The translations under genes were made by a program, and so were the position numbers. From NCBI GenBank assembly GCA_965205975.1, contig OZ242195.1:1632001-1696000 (forward strand): 64,000 nucleotides of DNA, in the 5' to 3' direction. This stretch comes from Candidatus Latescibacterota bacterium (GTDB lineage: Bacteria; Latescibacterota; UBA2968). Below, in pieces: positions 8,322 to 18,761 of the stretch (the first letter of the stretch is position 1; every line of letters starts with the position of its first letter). The notes under the pieces were generated by a model. That model had not been told where the DNA came from and made no database searches. It saw nothing but the letters and a program-made list of their open reading frames with translations.

Positions 8322-11300
8322 TTATTGAAATCCGATTTCACCCCAGAATCGAAAATCCCAGGTCACATTTGTGAGTTCACGCAGGTGGTCTTTGCGCCGT
8401 TCATGGCGAAACGTCGTACCGCCTGTAAATCGCGAGCTAAAGGCATATTGCGTCCCCAGGCTTACAGACCAGGATGTCGAGTTTTGGCGGATAATGGGGT
8501 CGGCTGGCACATCTGGTTCGGCACTTCGGGGCATTTCGGTTTGCGTATTCGAGGTACGCGAAAAGGAAAGCGTGAGGTCGAGAGTGCCTTGAAATTTTCC
8601 GCGCAGCGAATAGCGCATATCTGCTTGCAATGTACCGTTTTCCGTCAAAGTGGTTGAAAGCAGGCGGTCGGCAAGGGTCGGTTGGACAGAAGCGGTATCG
8701 ACAGTCACATTGCGCTGGTAGCGGATTTCATCTGTGCTCGTTTGTCGGCGGCTAAATGTCGTCTTCACATCGCCTTTCCAGCTCGCGCTCCACTGAAAAA
8801 GTGGATTGTAGGATATTTCTTTGGCATCGCTTGTCAGATAAAGCGGCGAGAGACTGAGGCTGCCATCGCCCCGTCGGGTGCGCGATTCCTGGTATCCAAA
8901 AGTGGCATTGGAACTGACCCATAACCAGCCGATCAAAGGCACGCGATCAAGGCCGCGCCAACTCGCGTCAAATTTGGGAAAGATGACCTGATCGTCTTTC
9001 CCGAGTGTACTGCCCGTGCGTTCGTTTTCAGAATAATTGGCAGAGGTGTTGAAATTCAGGCCCAGAGGCAGTCGAATACCGCTGGATACCTGAGCCTGTC
9101 TTCGCACATTGATAGCATTGGTTCTCGTTCCCGAACCCGTGATTACAATGGGGACCTGCACCGTATCTTGAAAGCCAAATTGATAGGCCAATGAAGGACG
9201 GGCTGTGAGGCCAAATAAATTATTTGATTTATTTTGAGAAACACTGCTCGTCACATTTTGAAGACGACCGCCTACTTTTCCAATCCATTGCAAAATGGAA
9301 AAGCCACCATCTTTGCCGGATCTGCGCGTCCAGCGTTGAAACAACCCGGGCAAGTTGAGATTGACACGCGCATTCGCCGTCTGCTGGTTATTGACAGTAA
9401 GGCCGCGCCGGATACTGCCGTACTGCACGCGCTCCCCACCGATTTCAAAGCGATCCGTGTACGTGGCCGAATACGACGGGTTCACGGTAATCCAGTTGGA
9501 AAAGCGCGGTGTAAATCTGAAATTGAGCGATTGGTTACGCGATATTTCGCGTCCAAATTGGAGTTGGGTCAGGGCATATCCATTTCGCAAATCGCGGTTG
9601 ATCGTGAGCGAATAATCGGCATTTAGACTGCGAAATGGCGAGAGTTTTATAGCGTAACTTTCGGTCAGATTGAATGTTTCTCGCACCGTATCAATCACAT
9701 TTGAAGTGTCGCCAGCGATGGCGCGAAATGAGGTTTGGTCCGACACGCCACGATTAAAACGCAGGTTGTAATTGATACTGGTGGGCAGGTAAAAAAATTG
9801 TGCTTCTTTGAGCGGCTTGTAAAAGGGCAACCACTTAAAAATAGCCAGAGTCTTGCGCTGAGACCACGCCTGATTATAGGTCATGTTGCCGTTTAAGTTC
9901 TGGTTCTGGCTTCGCCTGCGCTGTGTAATCGCACCCGTTGTCGATGCATCAGAACTATAGTTGAGCGACGTGGAGGCTTTGTCAAAAAAAATGCGAGACA
10001 GCAAGCTCGGATCTTCGCGGGCAGGCCGCTTTCTCAGCGAAATGGTAAAGCGCGCCTGAGAGCGCACATCGCTTTCGTTTATTTTTTGTTCGGGAGTGAG
10101 CACAATGTCCGATCCCGGGCGTATGCGAGGGCTTGATGTAAAGCGGTTATAGCTAAATCGGGCGGGTATAGAAGTATTCCATTCTTTAGGGAAAAATTTG
10201 TCGATATTGAGCTGGCTGTCAAAGTTGAAGCGCGTAGTGGTATTGCCCGAAGCTCTGCCTTGCAGGTCTTGAAAATCGCCGCTTCGGCGTTCCAGATTGA
10301 CCGTCAAATTGCCCAGATCGGCGAGGGTTATGCGTGTATCAGCCAGAGCAGATAAAGCTGGTTTTTTGCGGATTTCATCAACGCGCAATTCATCTATCCA
10401 TATCTCGTTCTCACCCAGGAGAATCTCATCACCGCGGTTGCGGATCCCCACAGTAAATGCTCTAATCGAAGACAACGCGGGATTGCCGCGCACAATATAG
10501 GTACGGCCATCCACGTCGGTCTCTATGCGATTGCCCACCTTGTCGTAGCGAGCGAGAAAATCGCCACGGCGAAGCGAAACACTAACGGTATCAGATGCTT
10601 GCTCAATGGATTGAAGGTCCAGTAATTGACCTTTGAGTTGCGACATGATCTCGAGGTCTAAGCGCACGGTATTGGTTTCTTCTGCCCAGCCGCGATAAAC
10701 CCGTGACCGATATTCGTAAAAGTTGAGAGAATCGTCATTGATGGGGGAAAATCGCATGAAAAATTCGATGGGACTGGGGCCAGTGCTCACGGAATCTGCT
10801 GCGTCTGAAAAATTGGTATTATACGTTGGATCAGCCGGGTTTCCGCCGTGTAAAAACAGCGTCATAATGCCGTATTCCGTATAGTCATCACCATCGACGA
10901 AGTTGCGAGACGCAGAGATGGATTCGCCCGGGTAGAGATCGACAAATTCGAGCACCAGAGAATTTTCCGACAAGCGGATACCAGTGGTGGGATCAATTTC
11001 TCGCTCGAGTCCCGGGGGGGACTCGTAAAAGGAATTGTTGGTGCCAATAGTCGAAACCTGAAAATCGCCAGAAGACTGCCCGAAAGCGACCGGGTCTTCC
11101 TGCCATTCGCTACCGGTTGCGCTAAAAGTATAGATTTCGACAGAGGTGGTATCGTTGTGTTCGAACCAGACGCGTACAAAGTCAAGCGCGCTGGCAAATG
11201 TGGTGTCGGGATTACCTTCAAAGGTGCGGGGCGCGTCTTGTCCTTTGAGGGGAATGCGCAATAAACGCCACGGGGGATCCGCAACACCACCCAATTCGGG

Positions 11301-14300
11301 GAAGAGATCGGATTCAGTGCCGGGTACAAGCGTAGATGAGCCGGTAAATGTGCCCGATACAGAGGATAGGCCCCGATTGCTGGACAAATCAACACTGTAT
11401 CGGATAAAACTTTCTCGCTGGTCGAGAAAACCATTGCCGTTGAGATCTTCGGTATCTGGTCGAGATTGGCGCTCTGCCCTGTTGCCCTCTGTTCCGTTTA
11501 GGCCAGAGGGATAGCGGCGCAGGATATCTGTCGTGTTTTGATCTACATCTTCAAAATTATCTCCCGAAGGATCGTTGGGCACAGTTACACCTGGAAATAT
11601 TTGTCGAAAAACCTCGGCTTCTTCGGCATCGGTCAATCCATCCAGACCTATATCCTCTTCTTCGACAACGATATCGTCTCCTGTGGGCAAGCCGCCGATG
11701 GGTTTGTCCTCTGTGCGAAAGCCACTCTGAAATCGCTCTCGATCGCCTGGATCATTGTACAGGGGATGATCGAGGGGCAGAAGGACGCGCTCAGATATGT
11801 CGCCCAAATCGATGTGCAGATGCCCGTCGTCTCCCCGAATCCAGAGTTCGAGAAATTTAGACCGCGACAAATCGAGGCCATTGACATAGCGCATAATACC
11901 CGCCCATGATTGTTGGGGAATGCCACTTTCGCTATTCTGCGAGCGAATGGGAAAGCCATTGCTACGCGCGGGATCAAACCGCAGTTTGAGAACATCGACA
12001 ATGTCTTGTTCCGCGGTTATGTCATCGCGGGTGGGCTGAATTCGGGAAAGAGATGCCCTATCGCGGTCAATGGGATTATACCACGTAAGCCGCCCTTGTG
12101 GCAATGTGAGCGATCTGTTGTTGCGAATGGGAACACTTGCGCGATTCCACCCAATTTTTCCAATTGCAAATGCCGTACTATTCAGAGCGCCTTCAAAATC
12201 ATCGATGTACGCCACATTTTTGGTATTGGGATTTGGCAAACTCTGCGCGATTTCAAAGTCCATGTCGATAGAAGACGGAGCCTGTGTATTCACAAGAGGA
12301 ATGGAGTTGACGAGGTCACTCAATAGTTTGGGTTGCATCCGAAAGCGGGCATTGGCATCCCACAAAATAGTACGCGTGGGTTCCTGCCCCACCCGAACGC
12401 GCGGCGTGGCGGTACTTTGACTGCCGTATAGCAAGGTCATGCCAATAAGTGAATACTGATCTTCAAAAGGCCGCTCGAGGCGCAAGCCCAAAAGGCTTTT
12501 AGACGATTGCCCCAAACCCAATAGATCTTTGGTTTGATACGATATGTCCAATTCGGCCGTGGGGTCTGCAACCTCGTTTTCTGCCTCGCCAATAAATTTC
12601 AAACGGCCTATCTCGTAATTTATTGTGTAGTCTTCATCGCGTCTTAAGGTTCGGCTGTTCAGACGCACGACTTCGCTGTCCTTAACCAGTCCACCAAATC
12701 CGCCGAGGTTGAATTCGGTCGATTGACTCGTCGAACGCACCCGAATAACATACCGCCCTGCGTCCTGGCGGTTGGACACATTGGTTTCGTTGTAAATGCC
12801 CGGCACGCGCACCTCGAGGTCGGGTGCCCCCAAACCCTCCTCGCCAAAAGGCTCGAGAAAGGGAAAAACGAGATGCCCTCTGGGGAGACTCAGGCCGGGG
12901 ATCTCATTCCCCGTGCCAATATCGATGAGCCGATCTGGTGGAGAAGATTCAGAAGAGCCGTTGGTGCGTCGGTCAAGACCAAAAATTTCCAGGAATGGCG
13001 TACCTGCCTGATTATCCTGTTCACTTTCACCCGGCACCTTGCGAAAGATGCCGACGAACAGACCAATTTGATCGATGTTGCGCCCGCCAAGGTAATAGAC
13101 ATTGCGCCACGCGAGTTTCCAGGTCGGGTCTGTGGGGCGTTGTTGTCTGGCTTTGATGAGCTTGAGTTGAATTTTTTTGTCGGGATTTCCCGGCTCGGGA
13201 ATAAATTGTATATCACCAAAATTTTCACCCGACGCGGTTTGATAAGCCACCGCAAGCGTGTAGCCCCTCGATATCCGACCTCGGTCATGGATGAGATAGC
13301 CTTCGGGTAAGGTCGTAAATTCGGAGGGGGCGAGTTCGTGAAACATACCTTCTTCAACGCCCTTATCAAAACCACGCGATGCCTCTTCATCGGGCGATCC
13401 ATTGTTCCACGCGAGGTATGCAACGCCGGGAATGGCCGAGTCTTCGAGGTCGTTTTGCGCGTTGTAGTCGTTTATGAATACGCGCACGCTCTGTTCATTG
13501 ACGCGATCGCCCGGCGCGGGGAACAAGCTGTTGCGGAAATTTTCTCGATAAGTATTATCGAGAAAAAAGTAGGTGTTTTCGACGTACTCGTAATCGTGGA
13601 TTTGATCGGATCTTTCTTGCCCTTGCCCCGTAAAGGTCTGGCGATCGCTCGACGATTTGTCCTGAGATGTGACAACCGTAAAATTGATGGCGCCAACCCG
13701 CCCCCGCGTTTTGATGCCAAATAGCCCACCTCTGTTGCCGCCGCTAAATCCAATCAGGCGGGTACCGGGTAATGCCAGCGACGTGTTGCCCGCTTCTATG
13801 GTTTCAATAATGCCGTCTTCATCGCCTGTGTATTGCAGGCGCAGGCCCTCGGCCAGATCAAAGCCCTGTCGCTCGCTATTTTGCTCCAACGAAACCATGA
13901 TCCGATCACCAATGGTGCCTTCAACAGCGAGTTGGGCCTCTTGCTCAAAATTGATAGTGGGAAAGCGAGATGTGCTCAGGTGAGCCGCTTGCGCCTGTCC
14001 CAAAGTGTATTGCGAGAGACCCGACAATTCGATGCGGCGATGTCCCCTGATGGTAAGATTGGCGGCCCCTTCCCCAGTAATAGCACTCAAACGCTGGGGA
14101 ACGCGAATCGGTATTTTGACATCAATCAATCCATCGCCTTCTTCATCGTCATCCATGCGGCCTCCCAATCGCTCCAGTGCAAGGCGATGGGTATCATGGT
14201 GGAACTTGTAACGCATAAAGTCGCTTAGACTGATAATCACCGGAAGGCCATAAGGCGCGCCCCCCAGGTCGCGGAACACCATCAGTGTATATTCGGCGGT

Positions 14301-14519
14301 TTCTGTTTCTATCAGTTGCGCCGTAGGGGACGCATAAGGGCGTCTTTGAGGAAAATAAGAAGTGGATCCAGGCGTATCGCGCAAAAAGGCTTCAAGCGTT
14401 GACACACCTATTTGCGGGCGCAAACCCGGCGTGGCAAGAGCAATACTCGGGCAGAGAAACGCGAGAAAAAACAAAACACTGAGGTTGCGTGGCCACAGGT
14501 GAATGTGAATAAACTTCAT
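8322..14519 (-). CDS. sprA: Cell surface protein SprA (T9SS outer-membrane translocon family)
   Basis: About 2070 aa; IEAGNTSLAL...GLFGIK, AYIDDFEG, PDTEDLNGNG, IWIDELRV, C-terminal barrel strands ending IGFQ. Start chosen at ATG 14519. Confidence 0.88.
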   Translation of the reverse strand: MKFIHIHLWPRNLSVLFFLAFLCPSIALATPGLRPQIGVSTLEAFLRDTPGSTSYFPQRRPYASPTAQLIETETAEYTLMVFRDLGGAPYGLPVIISLSDFMRYKFHHDTHRLALERLGGRMDDDEEGDGLIDVKIPIRVPQRLSAITGEGAANLTIRGHRRIELSGLSQYTLGQAQAAHLSTSRFPTINFEQEAQLAVEGTIGDRIMVSLEQNSERQGFDLAEGLRLQYTGDEDGIIETIEAGNTSLALPGTRLIGFSGGNRGGLFGIKTRGRVGAINFTVVTSQDKSSSDRQTFTGQGQERSDQIHDYEYVENTYFFLDNTYRENFRNSLFPAPGDRVNEQSVRVFINDYNAQNDLEDSAIPGVAYLAWNNGSPDEEASRGFDKGVEEGMFHELAPSEFTTLPEGYLIHDRGRISRGYTLAVAYQTASGENFGDIQFIPEPGNPDKKIQLKLIKARQQRPTDPTWKLAWRNVYYLGGRNIDQIGLFVGIFRKVPGESEQDNQAGTPFLEIFGLDRRTNGSSESSPPDRLIDIGTGNEIPGLSLPRGHLVFPFLEPFGEEGLGAPDLEVRVPGIYNETNVSNRQDAGRYVIRVRSTSQSTEFNLGGFGGLVKDSEVVRLNSRTLRRDEDYTINYEIGRLKFIGEAENEVADPTAELDISYQTKDLLGLGQSSKSLLGLRLERPFEDQYSLIGMTLLYGSQSTATPRVRVGQEPTRTILWDANARFRMQPKLLSDLVNSIPLVNTQAPSSIDMDFEIAQSLPNPNTKNVAYIDDFEGALNSTAFAIGKIGWNRASVPIRNNRSLTLPQGRLTWYNPIDRDRASLSRIQPTRDDITAEQDIVDVLKLRFDPARSNGFPIRSQNSESGIPQQSWAGIMRYVNGLDLSRSKFLELWIRGDDGHLHIDLGDISERVLLPLDHPLYNDPGDRERFQSGFRTEDKPIGGLPTGDDIVVEEEDIGLDGLTDAEEAEVFRQIFPGVTVPNDPSGDNFEDVDQNTTDILRRYPSGLNGTEGNRAERQSRPDTEDLNGNGFLDQRESFIRYSVDLSSNRGLSSVSGTFTGSSTLVPGTESDLFPELGGVADPPWRLLRIPLKGQDAPRTFEGNPDTTFASALDFVRVWFEHNDTTSVEIYTFSATGSEWQEDPVAFGQSSGDFQVSTIGTNNSFYESPPGLEREIDPTTGIRLSENSLVLEFVDLYPGESISASRNFVDGDDYTEYGIMTLFLHGGNPADPTYNTNFSDAADSVSTGPSPIEFFMRFSPINDDSLNFYEYRSRVYRGWAEETNTVRLDLEIMSQLKGQLLDLQSIEQASDTVSVSLRRGDFLARYDKVGNRIETDVDGRTYIVRGNPALSSIRAFTVGIRNRGDEILLGENEIWIDELRVDEIRKKPALSALADTRITLADLGNLTVNLERRSGDFQDLQGRASGNTTTRFNFDSQLNIDKFFPKEWNTSIPARFSYNRFTSSPRIRPGSDIVLTPEQKINESDVRSQARFTISLRKRPAREDPSLLSRIFFDKASTSLNYSSDASTTGAITQRRRSQNQNLNGNMTYNQAWSQRKTLAIFKWLPFYKPLKEAQFFYLPTSINYNLRFNRGVSDQTSFRAIAGDTSNVIDTVRETFNLTESYAIKLSPFRSLNADYSLTINRDLRNGYALTQLQFGREISRNQSLNFRFTPRFSNWITVNPSYSATYTDRFEIGGERVQYGSIRRGLTVNNQQTANARVNLNLPGLFQRWTRRSGKDGGFSILQWIGKVGGRLQNVTSSVSQNKSNNLFGLTARPSLAYQFGFQDTVQVPIVITGSGTRTNAINVRRQAQVSSGIRLPLGLNFNTSANYSENERTGSTLGKDDQVIFPKFDASWRGLDRVPLIGWLWVSSNATFGYQESRTRRGDGSLSLSPLYLTSDAKEISYNPLFQWSASWKGDVKTTFSRRQTSTDEIRYQRNVTVDTASVQPTLADRLLSTTLTENGTLQADMRYSLRGKFQGTLDLTLSFSRTSNTQTEMPRSAEPDVPADPIIRQNSTSWSVSLGTQYAFSSRFTGGTTFRHERRKDHLRELTNVTWDFRFWGEIGFQ

Positions 14520-14729
14520 AAGGGCTTTGGGTAACAGTCGGAAAGTTGTATTAAGGAGCCGGTGATAGGTCATTGAACAAAGTACATAATAGCACAAGCC
14601 ACATGAAAGTCAAGGTAAAATCCTCAGAAATTGGCGGGGAATAAACATCGGTAAGCGCGTCTTTTTTTTGGAGGAAAAAAGCCGTATATTTCGTTGTCGT
14701 TAAACTCATTTTTTAAAAAAAGGTTCCTC

Positions 14730-16004
14730 ATGCGCTTGCGTCGGTATGTGCTATCCGAACTGATGATGCCATTTTTATTTAGTTTTTCGGTTATCATCTT
14801 TCTCCTGATCATCGATCTCATTTTGCAAATGCTCGATCGAATTCTGGGAAAAGGCGTCCCCATAAGTGTGGTTTTTGAGTTGTTTTTTTTAAACACAGCC
14901 TGGATGATTGCCCTCGCCGTTCCAATGGCCGTGTTGGTCAGTACCCTGCTGGCATTTGGGCGATTAAGTGCCGCAGGCGAAATTGTGGCCATGCGCGCAT
15001 TGGGCATTGGAATTCACCAGGTTGTAGGACCGGTACTACTCGTCGCCGTACTGCTGGGAATTGGGCTGGTGGTTTTTAATGACCGCGTGTTGCCCGAATT
15101 TAATCACCGCGCCCGCGTGTTGATGACAGACATTCACCGCAAACGCCCCGCAGTCGCGCTGGCCGACAAGGCCGGAGTAATGATTGGCGATTTCAAAAAT
15201 TATCAGATCTTGTTTGATCGCGCCAATACAGGTGGCAATATTCTTTACGACTTGCTGGTATATAGCTTTAATAGCAATGGGTTCCCCGAAACAGCGGTTG
15301 CCGATTCGGGCGTTGTCGAATTTGATGAAGCGCGAGACGAGGCTCTGCTCTATCTTTTTAGTGGGGAAATGCACCGCATTGATCCAGATGATCCCACAGT
15401 CTATGCACTCACGACATTTGCCAAAGCCAGATTGCGGCTCGGAGATGCGGGCCAACAGTTGTCGAGGTCTTCATCGGCATATCGCAATGATCGAGAAATG
15501 GATATCGCCACCATGCGGCATAAAATTTCTCAGTATGAAAGCGAATTGCATCAGGCGAAGGTCAAAAGGGCGAACCTTTTAGATGCGTTTGTGCGTGAAG
15601 TATTAATAGATTCCGCAGATGCAAAACCCGTGCAGTCGCTGCGCGCTGTATTGGGGCGTGGAGCAGCCGATACGCGGATTGCACGCCATAAGTCGAGAGC
15701 CGCAGATCGATTGCGCGTGGAAGTACACAAAAAATTTTCAATCCCCGCAGCCTGTGTTGCATTTGTACTGGTGGGCGCGCCTATCGGCGTGTGGGCGCGC
15801 AGCAGCAGTGCGGCAATTGGCGCGGCGATTAGCATTGGCTTTTTTTTAATCTGGTGGATCTTTCTTATCGGTGGTGAAAAATTGGCTGACCGAGGTGTAC
15901 TCATGCCCTGGTTAGCGATGTGGATGCCCAATGTATTGACCGCCCTTATAGGTGCTATCCTATCTGCGCGAATTATATGCGAGTGGGGCGCAAAAAGGAA
16001 ATAA
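14730..16004 (+). CDS. lptF: LPS export ABC transporter permease LptF
   Basis: LRRYVLSEL, FGRLSAAGEIVAMRALG, HKKFSIPAAC, MWMPN. Confidence 0.88.
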   Translation: MRLRRYVLSELMMPFLFSFSVIIFLLIIDLILQMLDRILGKGVPISVVFELFFLNTAWMIALAVPMAVLVSTLLAFGRLSAAGEIVAMRALGIGIHQVVGPVLLVAVLLGIGLVVFNDRVLPEFNHRARVLMTDIHRKRPAVALADKAGVMIGDFKNYQILFDRANTGGNILYDLLVYSFNSNGFPETAVADSGVVEFDEARDEALLYLFSGEMHRIDPDDPTVYALTTFAKARLRLGDAGQQLSRSSSAYRNDREMDIATMRHKISQYESELHQAKVKRANLLDAFVREVLIDSADAKPVQSLRAVLGRGAADTRIARHKSRAADRLRVEVHKKFSIPAACVAFVLVGAPIGVWARSSSAAIGAAISIGFFLIWWIFLIGGEKLADRGVLMPWLAMWMPNVLTALIGAILSARIICEWGAKRK

Positions 16005-16006
16005 CT

Positions 16007-17077
16007 GTGCGTATTTTGAGCCGCTATGTCGTCGTCCAATTTGCAATGCCCCTTGGCGTCAGTTTGATGGCTTTTGCCGTTGTTTTTGTCGTCATTGACC
16101 TGGTAGATCGCCTCAGCGCATTTATAGACCGCGAAGTGGGCCTGGGAACAATTCTATCTTATTATCTCTGTTATTTGCCATATATTGTCGTCCTCGTGCT
16201 TCCAATGGCGGTCTTGCTCGCGGGGTTGTTCTGTATGGGCGGGCTGATACAGCGCGGAGAATTGCTGGCAATGAAAAGTGCCGGCATAAGTCTTTATCAA
16301 GTCGTGATTCCATTGCAAATGCTGGCTCTTGGAATCAGTCTTTTGGCTGCTGCGATGGCCGATCAAGTCGTACCGCGAGCAAATCGGGCACGATCGAAAA
16401 TTGAACAACCGCGTCAATCGGCAATCGGGCCTCAGTCCGTCCGCGTACAGGTCGCGCTGCGAGATACGGGCAGACGCGTTTTCTCAATGGTAGAATACGA
16501 CGCCACGGCTATGAAAGGGCGGCAGGTCGTCCTCGACAAACATGAAGGCGGGGTGCTCACAGAGCGCATTCGCGCCGAAGAAGCTATTTGGGCCACCTCA
16601 GAATGGCATTTTATGAATGGAGATCGGCGCGTATTTTTAGATGGAAAAGAATTTTATCGCGCATTTCGCGTGTGGGCGGCAAAAGATGTAACCCTGACGC
16701 CCGAAGACCTCGTCCGCGATGTCGTGCCCGAAGATCAGATGACGTATTCCGAACTGACGGACTTTATCCATCGCAAAGCGCGCAACGGCAGTCAGACGCT
16801 TCGAGAATCTGTGGCGCTCCACATGCGATTGGCCTTTCCATTTGCGAACTTCGTTATTGCCCTTTTTGGCCTGCCTCTGGCCTCTCGTATGCGACGAACA
16901 GGACGCCCCATTCAAATTGGCATGTGCTTGCTTATCTGCTTTGCATTTTACGGATGTATTCAACTCGGGCGCGCCATGGGTTGGAACGATGTGCTATCCC
17001 CTGCCTGGAGCGCGTGGGGCGCAAATGCGATCTTTGGCACAATCGGGATAATCACGCTTCTCACAACGCGCAAATAG
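16007..17077 (+). CDS. lptG: LPS export ABC transporter permease LptG
   Basis: GTG start, ILSRYV, GELLAMKSAGIS, RLAFPF, AWGANAIF. Confidence 0.88.
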   Translation: MRILSRYVVVQFAMPLGVSLMAFAVVFVVIDLVDRLSAFIDREVGLGTILSYYLCYLPYIVVLVLPMAVLLAGLFCMGGLIQRGELLAMKSAGISLYQVVIPLQMLALGISLLAAAMADQVVPRANRARSKIEQPRQSAIGPQSVRVQVALRDTGRRVFSMVEYDATAMKGRQVVLDKHEGGVLTERIRAEEAIWATSEWHFMNGDRRVFLDGKEFYRAFRVWAAKDVTLTPEDLVRDVVPEDQMTYSELTDFIHRKARNGSQTLRESVALHMRLAFPFANFVIALFGLPLASRMRRTGRPIQIGMCLLICFAFYGCIQLGRAMGWNDVLSPAWSAWGANAIFGTIGIITLLTTRK

Positions 17078-17103
17078 TTAATACCTCAACATCTGAGGAC
17101 CAC

Positions 17104-18561
17104 ATGTCTGAAAAATACAATATTCTCTTGATGATCTCCGATCAGCACAGCAAATATCACATTGGTGCTTATGGAGACCCTCTCGTGCGTACGCCCAATC
17201 TCAACCAACTCGCAGAAAACGGTACGCGCTTTACCAGCGCGTACTGCGCCTCACCCGTTTGCGTACCCAGTCGCATGTCATTTATGACGTGTCGCACACC
17301 TTCGGCCAATCGCGTGTGGAATAACAATCATTTGCTACACTCGGGCATTCCCACCTGGGCACATGCCATGGGACTGGCCGGGTATGAAACATCGCTTATT
17401 GGGCGGATGCACTTCAACGGCCACGACCAGCGACACGGCTTTGAAAATCGGCCTTTCGGAGAATACGGTGCCATACATCCGGGTGCAAACAGGCGGGGCG
17501 TACCCCTCTTTAAAAGCATTTCAACGGCGACCACCGGACAAAATCGCACAGCCGTCGAAATAGCCGGACGAGGATATGGCTCGTACCATGTCTTTGATGA
17601 AATGGTCGCGGAAAGAACCAGCTCGTATCTGCGCCACAAAGCGAAAAATCCAGGCAATCGTCCCTTTGCTGCTGTGGCGGGATTTCTTTTACCTCACTGT
17701 CCCTTCATCGCGCACAAAGAGCTTTTTGATTATTACTACGACCGCGTCGATATCCCTCAACACACGCCCAATGAACCCGGACCTATTCGCAAATTCAAAC
17801 AGATTCGCGGCCTCTATCCCCCCCTCGACGAAGAACGCATCCGCGTTGCCCGCGCCGCTTATTTTGGCATGTGCGAATACCTCGACCTGCAAATCGGGCA
17901 CATCCTTCAGACCCTGCGGGAAACGGGCCTCGATCGCAACACTCTGGTCATTTATTGCTCGGACCACGGCGAAATGGCCGGGGAACACGGCTGCTGGTGG
18001 AAAAGCAGCTACTACGAAGGATCTGTTGGCGTCCCCCTCATCGCAAGTCTCCCCGGCGTGATCGCACCAAATGCGGAAAGCAACCAGATATGTAATCTGA
18101 TGGACATTGGCCCTACCCTGCTCGACATGGCAGATGGCGATCCCATGCCAGACATTCACGGATACTCACTCTGGTCACTACTTACAGGGCGAGGGGCAGG
18201 CGACCATCCCAACGAAACCTACAGCGAACACCTGGGGCAAGAAGGCATACCCTCGCGTATGATTCGAACGGGGCCCTGGAAATGTTACACATACCACGAC
18301 AATACCGCGCCCGTCCTCTACAACCTCGAAGACGATCCAGATGAAATGCGCGACCTGGGCAGCGATCCCAATTACGAACCCATCCGCGACCACCTCCTAT
18401 CCCGCATTTTTGAACACTGGGACCCCGAGTACGTACTCAAAGAAAGCGCGGATGCTGACCGCGATATACGCCTGATTACCCGCTGGGGACAGGCCATTCA
18501 ACCCACCTTGCCCGACAGCGTTCCAGTGCCCGATGACGCCGAAGATATTGAATGTCTGTGA
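17104..18561 (+). CDS. Sulfatase (choline-sulfatase-like), no signal peptide
   Basis: NILLMISDQH, CVPSR formylglycine motif, GRMH, SDHGEM, WWKS; ATG 17104 with GAGG RBS. Confidence 0.92.
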   Translation: MSEKYNILLMISDQHSKYHIGAYGDPLVRTPNLNQLAENGTRFTSAYCASPVCVPSRMSFMTCRTPSANRVWNNNHLLHSGIPTWAHAMGLAGYETSLIGRMHFNGHDQRHGFENRPFGEYGAIHPGANRRGVPLFKSISTATTGQNRTAVEIAGRGYGSYHVFDEMVAERTSSYLRHKAKNPGNRPFAAVAGFLLPHCPFIAHKELFDYYYDRVDIPQHTPNEPGPIRKFKQIRGLYPPLDEERIRVARAAYFGMCEYLDLQIGHILQTLRETGLDRNTLVIYCSDHGEMAGEHGCWWKSSYYEGSVGVPLIASLPGVIAPNAESNQICNLMDIGPTLLDMADGDPMPDIHGYSLWSLLTGRGAGDHPNETYSEHLGQEGIPSRMIRTGPWKCYTYHDNTAPVLYNLEDDPDEMRDLGSDPNYEPIRDHLLSRIFEHWDPEYVLKESADADRDIRLITRWGQAIQPTLPDSVPVPDDAEDIECL

Positions 18562-18565
18562 AGCG

Positions 18566-18628
18566 AGTTGTCGGTTGTCAGCCCCAACCGCCCAACCCCG
18601 GTATGGCGGTGCGGGGTAACTGACTACT
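18566..18628. repeat. Palindromic intergenic element (REP-like hairpin or terminator)
   Basis: AGTTGTCGGTTG/TAACTGACTACT outer stem, CCCC/GGGG and ACCGCC/GGCGGT inner stems, then a T-rich tail. Confidence 0.55.
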
Positions 18629-18761
18629 TTTATTTTAAGTGACAAATGATTCTTTTTTACTTTACTTAACATCCCGAAATTATTCGCTACCGCATTATAC
18701 ACCTTTTGACTGAACAGTTCTGCGAGATGTCTCGGTCATTATTTTTTTCGAGGGCATATTT

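Noticed and set aside
16588..17103. N-terminal extension of the 657-aa sulfatase ORF
   Set aside because: It overlaps lptG in another frame; homology and RBS point to ATG 17104.
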